From the NCBI RefSeq assembly GCF_018977255.1, contig NW_024704742.1, positions 12,588,001 to 12,652,000 of the forward strand: DNA of 64,000 bases, written 5' to 3'. The translations under genes and the position numbers were made by a program. The notes below the pieces were generated by a model, which was not told the DNA's origin, did no database searches, and worked only from the letters and a program-made list of their open reading frames with translations. The DNA is from Callorhinchus milii (taxonomy: Eukaryota). This document shows positions 35,856-64,000 of this stretch, piece after piece; the stretch's first letter is position 1, and the number at the start of each line of letters is the position of its first letter.

Positions 35856-37139
35856 CTCTGTGGGTGAGGTGAGTGAATGAGGCAATAGAGAATATTTAAT
35901 TACATAATTTCAGTGTTTTCATTACATTTTTATTTCATCCTAAACACTTTCTTACTGATAACCAAATCCAGTTTTAATACTCGGATTAGCAATTGTGTGC
36001 AATACTGTACTGTGTTTAAAGATTGGACAAATGACTGGTGCATTGTGCAAACCACAAACTGCAATTCTTTTGGCAGTGAAGGAAAACACTTAAGCTATTG
36101 GTGGACAACATTTAATGTGGGCTGCTTTAGTTACCAGGCTATAATGTAACCCCCTTCTCCCCCAGCCCCCCAACCCGTGAAAACAAAATACTGTAAATGG
36201 ATACTTTTCTAGCATGGTTTTTATTTAATTAAATCAGCATTAGCTCAGTCCTGCAAGGACTATTTGCATGCTAAGAAAATATTTCTAAAACCTATTATCT
36301 CACCTCGCAAGCGAGAGACCTGGGATTGTTCCCGGCAGGGTGAAATGTTGGGCAAGCTTCCTTCCTCCACACATCTCTGTTTACGTAGCAGTAAGTAGGA
36401 ACCAGGTTGTTAGTTCATTGGCAGATCGCATTTCCAGTGGTAATAATTCCCTTAAAAAAATAATAAAAATAAATTTGTCACTTCAATCCATGATTGTTTG
36501 TGGGACACTGCTGTGCACAATTGGCTGCCACGCTTCACCCACAAAGTTGAAGACGAGATAAGGCTCTATATCAAATACAAGGATTATTAATATTATATTT
36601 TTAATAATGCAAACAAATATTTGCAATAATTCTGGAAATATAATTTTCTATTCCACTTCCACCTTAATTTTGCCATCTATTTATTTTACATCGTTATATT
36701 TAAGTGGAAAACTTTACCTTAATAGGTATCGATTATTATTCTTGTTGACTGACCATTGCTTTTTCCTTCTCATGGTTTAGTGAACACAGAAATATCCAAC
36801 ACAGAATACAAATTACACTTGATATGCTCAGGTTTATTGCAGTACAGTCTTTGGTTTTGAGTTACACATAGAATTAAGAGACAAATTCAATGTTTAGCCA
36901 TTTTAAATTTGAATACTGAAATTTTATATTAAGGAGGTTGGGGGTTTTATGACATTTGATAGTCCTTTCTTTAGCATCCCAACTTTTAAAGTTGCAAAAA
37001 AAATCAAGAAAATACAGGAAGCAGTGACCTAAACTGAATTAAATTACATCAATGTGCTATTTTGATTACAAAAAGCAAGGTCTATAGTGCGCGAATATTG
37101 ACAAAAAAGACTAGAAGAGGAGCCAACTTAAATCAAGTA

Positions 37140-39710
37140 ACAACAGCCACAACAACAAAATTTCATTTACATAGCGCCTTTTACGTCGGGAGGACGTCCC
37201 AAGGTGCTGGACAGAGTTTCGGACCTGAGCTGAAGGTGGGGGAGGGGGCAGGGCAGGGGAGAAGCAGGGAGATCGAAAGCACGGTTGAAGAGGAGGGTCT
37301 TAAGGTGGCTCTTGAAGGTGGCGAGGGAGGGGGCGAGACGGAGGAACTGTGGGATGGAGTTCCAGCGGGTGGGTGCAGAGTGGCGGGAAGCCAGCTCGCC
37401 GATAGTGGGGCGAGCAAGGTGGGGGACGTGAAGCAAGCTGGAGCCCGCTGAGCGGAGGGAGCGAACAGAATGGTAGGGGGTTAGGAGGTCAGAGAGGGAG
37501 GGGAAAGCAAGACCATGGAGGACTTTGAAGGTGAGGACCAGGACCTTGAACTGTATTCTCTGTGTGATGAAAAGCCAGTGGTGTTGGGCAATGATGGGGG
37601 TGATAAAGTCACGGAGCCTAGTGCGGGAGAGGGGAGAGGACACAGACTGCAGAGTTCTGGATGATCTGCAGCCTGTGGAGGAAGGATGTGGGGAGGCCGA
37701 CAAGCAGTGAGTTTGCATAGTCGAACCTTGGTGTAATGAAAGCGTGTATGAGGGTTTCAGTGGCCTGCGGTGTGAGAGAGTCGGAGTCGGGCGACCTTGC
37801 AAAGGTGGGGGAAGGCAGAGCGGGTCATGATGCAGATTTGGGGTAGAAAGGATAGTTGAGGGACAAACAAAACCCCAAGGTTCTGGACTGGCTTAGCAAG
37901 GTGCAGTGTGCAACCATGGATGGTGATGCTGTCAGCGCCTGAGGTGAGGAGGCGCTGACGGGAGCTAAACAGGAGAGCCTCGGTCTTGTTGACGTTCAAC
38001 TGAAGAAAGTTAGCTCTCATCCAGGACTTGATGTCTGACAGACATTCTGTCAGCACAGCAGTGGTCTTGGAGTCAAGGGTGGAGGCAGAGAGGTAGAGTT
38101 GGGTGTCATCCACATACATGTGGAAGTTGACCCCATGTCTGCGGATGATGTCACCAAGAGGGAGCATATAGATGTTGAAGAGGAGGAGACCAAGGACAGA
38201 GCCCTGAGGAACGCCGGACGAGATGGTCCGGAGGCTACAGGAGAATAATAATAATAATCCTTGCATTTGATATAGCGCTTTTCACGTCTTCTAGACATCC
38301 CAAAGCGCTTCACAGAATATACTGTAAAGTGAATTGACTGTATATTTGTGGGCGAACACGGCAGCCAATTGCGCACAGCAGTGTCCCACAAACCGTCATG
38401 GATTGAAAATGACCAATTTATTATTGTTTTTTTTTTTGAGGGATTATTATTAGGTGTGTGGAGTAAAGAAACTTGCCCAAGGTTTCGCCCTCTGCCTGGA
38501 ATTGAACTCAGGTCTCTCGCTTGCAAAGCGAGTGCTCTAACTACTGAGCTACAGGACTCCGAAGCTATTTGAGGAGATGAAGTGCAGGCGGTGTGAGAGG
38601 TATGATCTGAACCAATCAAGGACAGCACCGTGGAGGTTGAGGTGAGAGGAGAGGCGGTGGATGAGGATAGAGTGGTCGACAGTGTCAAAGACAGCAGAGA
38701 GGTCAAGGAAGACGAGGAGGCAGAGGGAGCCCTGGTCACAGATGGACAGAATGTCATTTGTCACTTTGACCAGGGCTGCTTCTGCGCTGTGGGCGGCACA
38801 GAAGCCCGATTGGAGGGGTTTGAGAAGGAAATGGCAGGAGAGGAAGGAGCGAAGCTGAGAAATAACAACTCATTCTAGGACCTTGGAGAGGAAGGGGAGG
38901 TTGGAGATGGGGCAGTAGTTGGGAGAGTAAAGAAGGGTCGAGGGAGTTTTTTTTAAAGATTGGAATGATGACAGCGGTTTTTAAATGGGTGGGAACAGTA
39001 TCAGAGGACAGGGAGAGATTAACAATGTCAGTGAGTAGAGGGGCAAGGAGGTGGAGCTGGGAAGTAAGGTGAGGGGTAGGAGATGGGGTCAAGGGAGCAG
39101 GTGGTGGATTTCATACAGGTTATGGTGATGATGACAGACGAGGGGGAGATGGGTTCAAAGCTGTGGAGGGAGGAGGAGATGGGGAAGGGATAGTAGTTGC
39201 AGTGGCAGAGGCAGCTGAGCCGATACCCTCGAATTTGGATTTGAGGAAGTCCAACGTCGCTTCGCAGTTGGCATTTGAGGTGAGGATGGGTGAGGCATGA
39301 AAGGGTGGGCGAAGGAGTCGGTTCGTGATGGAGAAGAGGAGCCTAGAGATGTTCTTAGCCTCAAAGATTGTCTTGGAGTAGAACAACAATTTAGCGGAGG
39401 CGAGGGCGGAGCGGTAAGATTTGACATGGTCCAGCCAAATCTGCCGGTGGACAGTTAGGTTTGATTTAAGCCAGGTGCGCTCAGCGGGACAGACCTGGAC
39501 TTTAAGGGAGAAGAGGTGGCTGGTGTACCAAGGTGATTTGCATGAGTAGGAGACGGTTCAGGAAGAGAGGGCAGCGAGGGAATCAAGAGTGGAGGAGAGG
39601 GAGCTGTGGAGAAGGGTGACCGATGAGGGTAGGTCAGTGTGGGAGGACGCCCAGAGGAGAAGGAGTCAAATGACTCCAAGGCAGCCGAGAGGAAGGTGGG
39701 GGAGATTTTT
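37140..39710 (-). mobile_element. L2 LINE, about 2.2 kb 3' portion with RT domain, interrupted by a SINE
   Basis: LKTAVIIPIFKKNSLDP, LLVFLDLSAVFDTVDHSIL, GVPQGSVLG, YVDDTQLY, LQLNVNKTE and HWLFITQRIQFKVL, with frameshifts. Confidence 0.92.
38244..38560 (-). mobile_element. tRNA-derived SINE family A (young) nested in L2 RT
   Basis: Full head-to-tail copy. Removing it with one GAA restores HFISSNSFSCSLRTISSGVPQGS. Confidence 0.92.
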
Positions 39711-39750
39711 TAGTAAAGTAGTAAAGGTTAGGTGATGCTTACCTTGAGTT

Positions 39751-40077
39751 TAATAATAATAATAATAATAATCCTTGCATTTGATATAGCGCTTTTCACG
39801 TTGGGAGGAAGTCCCAAAGCGCTTCACAGAATACACTGTAAAGTGAATTGACTGTATATTTCTGGGCGAACGCGGCAGCCAATTGCGCACAGCAATGTCC
39901 CACAAACAGTCGTAGATTGAAAATGACCAATTTATTATTATTATTTTTTTTTTGGAGGGATTATTATTAGGCGTGTGGAGTAAGGAAACTTGCCCAAGGT
40001 TTCGCCCTGACTGGAATTGAACTCAGGTCTCTCACTTGCAAAGCGAGTGCTCTAACCACTGAGCTACAGGACTCCAC
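39751..40077 (-). mobile_element. tRNA-derived SINE family A (young), full length
   Basis: Near-identical to the reverse complement of 52874..53189; (TTA)n tail. Confidence 0.92.
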
Positions 40078-40459
40078 ATGTATGCTATGTATTGTAGAAG
40101 GAAAGAAAGAGGTAAAAGCTTCCACAATCCTGAGGTCTTAAGAAGAGTCAAACAAAATAGATGTCTGCTTGGCACAAGAGGAAATCTGACCCTGATATTA
40201 ACAAGATGGCTTAGAAGTGACAGCTGGTGAAAATGATGCACACACATTGATCTTACTCACCAATAATATTTGAAGTCTGTAAAACACGGATTAAAACTCT
40301 GCAAAGACCTTTACTCCTTTACAGTTCAGATAATAAACAGGATTTTGGTCATGAATTACTGTATTCATTTCACTCGCGAGAGCATCTTCACAATTCACTT
40401 GCATCGGTAGCTATCATGAATCATGGTTACTTTACACTTATGAAATATTCCCTGTCAGG

Positions 40460-40800
40460 AATTCCGACATTAAGTCCTGGACGAGGGCCAACTTTCTCCA
40501 ACTCAACGTCAGCAAGACTGAGGCCCTCCTGATTGGCTCACGCCAGCGCCTCCGCACCTCGGGCGCTGGCAGCATCAGCCTCCACAGCTGCACACTCAAC
40601 CTCACTAAGCCAGTCAGGAACCTGGGTGTCTTGTTGGAGCCTGAACTGTCCTTTCTCCCCCACATCCGCGCCATGACCGGCACTGCCTACCACCACCTCC
40701 GCAACATTGCCAGACCCCGCCACTGCCTCACCCCTCAGGCTGCCAAAACCCTCACCCACACATTCGTCACATCAAGGTTCGATTGTGGAAACTCCCTCCT
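40460..40800 (+). mobile_element. L2 LINE internal fragment
   Basis: LEPELSFLPHIRAMTGTAYHHLRNIAR..KTLTHTFVTSRFDCGNSLL; matches 37760-38040 in the opposite orientation. Confidence 0.85.
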
Positions 40801-41029
40801 CAGCCTTCCCAGGTTGTTGTCACAGTGCGTGACAGAAGGCTTTGGGCGGTGCCTCCTGTGATTGCCGCTATATCAAATCAAGGATTATTATTTATTATTA
40901 TTATGCCTATAAATTTAAAAAAATTAAAAACAATTAGTTTAAACCTGCAGAACGCGTGTTTTTTCCTTTGAAGACTTTTTCTTACAGCATTTAAAAAGCA
41001 CAGACCTACAGTGGTCAGGTTGCGATCCC

Positions 41030-41268
41030 CCAGAGCGGCCATCACTGGTATTGGGGGGTTTCGGGCGGGTGGACTGGAGCTACAAACGGGGGTTGATTTC
41101 GTGGCCGGAATTCGCGGGGGTGAGGCTTCCCTCGTTACCACGGCCACCGGGCACAGCCAATGGGATGTGGAGTTCCGTGAGTCACGTGACGGGAATCGGG
41201 GAGGAAGATGGCGGTGTGGCGGTTGGTTGCGCGCGGATCGGAGTGAAGCGGCGCGAGAGTGAGAGGCG
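41030..41268 (+). promoter_or_regulatory. INTU: INTU CpG-rich promoter/5' UTR with X-box-like, CCAAT, E-box and YY1 motifs
   Basis: GTTACCACGGCCAC at 41134..41147 (RFX X-box-like), AGCCAATGGG at 41156..41165, palindromic GTCACGTGAC at 41181..41190, AAGATGGCG at 41205..41213. Locally high CpG density. Confidence 0.75.
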
Positions 41269-63873
<22,605 letters not shown>

Positions 63874-64000
63874 GTATTGACCTTAGCATTACTAATAACA
63901 TTTTAATATTTGTAAAATCTAAATACTAATTTAGGCAGTTTGTTACTGTTTTTTTATTCGATATAAAACAAATACTCATGATTGTATTCAGGATTTGGTA

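Overview
Vertebrate genomic DNA, most likely a cartilaginous fish (inferred from the dense L2/CR1 LINE and Deu-domain SINE content; possibly a chimaera). It holds two intron-containing genes on the + strand. (1) A complete 10-exon gene (CDS 1126..26143, 1560 nt, 519 aa) encodes an ankyrin-repeat, about 4-TM protein S-acyltransferase. It does not look like ZDHHC13/17: its catalytic motif is DHYC, and three of the four ligands of the second zinc site are replaced together (HCRVT...[12 protein letters not shown]), resembling yeast Akr1. (2) Exons 1-9 of INTU (inturned; 41269..63873, continuing past the window) have a CpG-rich promoter with X-box-like, CCAAT, E-box and YY1 motifs, a SINE apparently inserted into the exon-1 splice donor, and a GC-AG intron. 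The remainder is LINE/SINE debris (often nested), a Tigger-like MITE, an unclassified hairpin-bearing repeat family, two intronic inverted repeats and three minisatellites. Exon boundaries were read by eye and checked for phase continuity. Family assignments rely on recalled sequences, not database searches.
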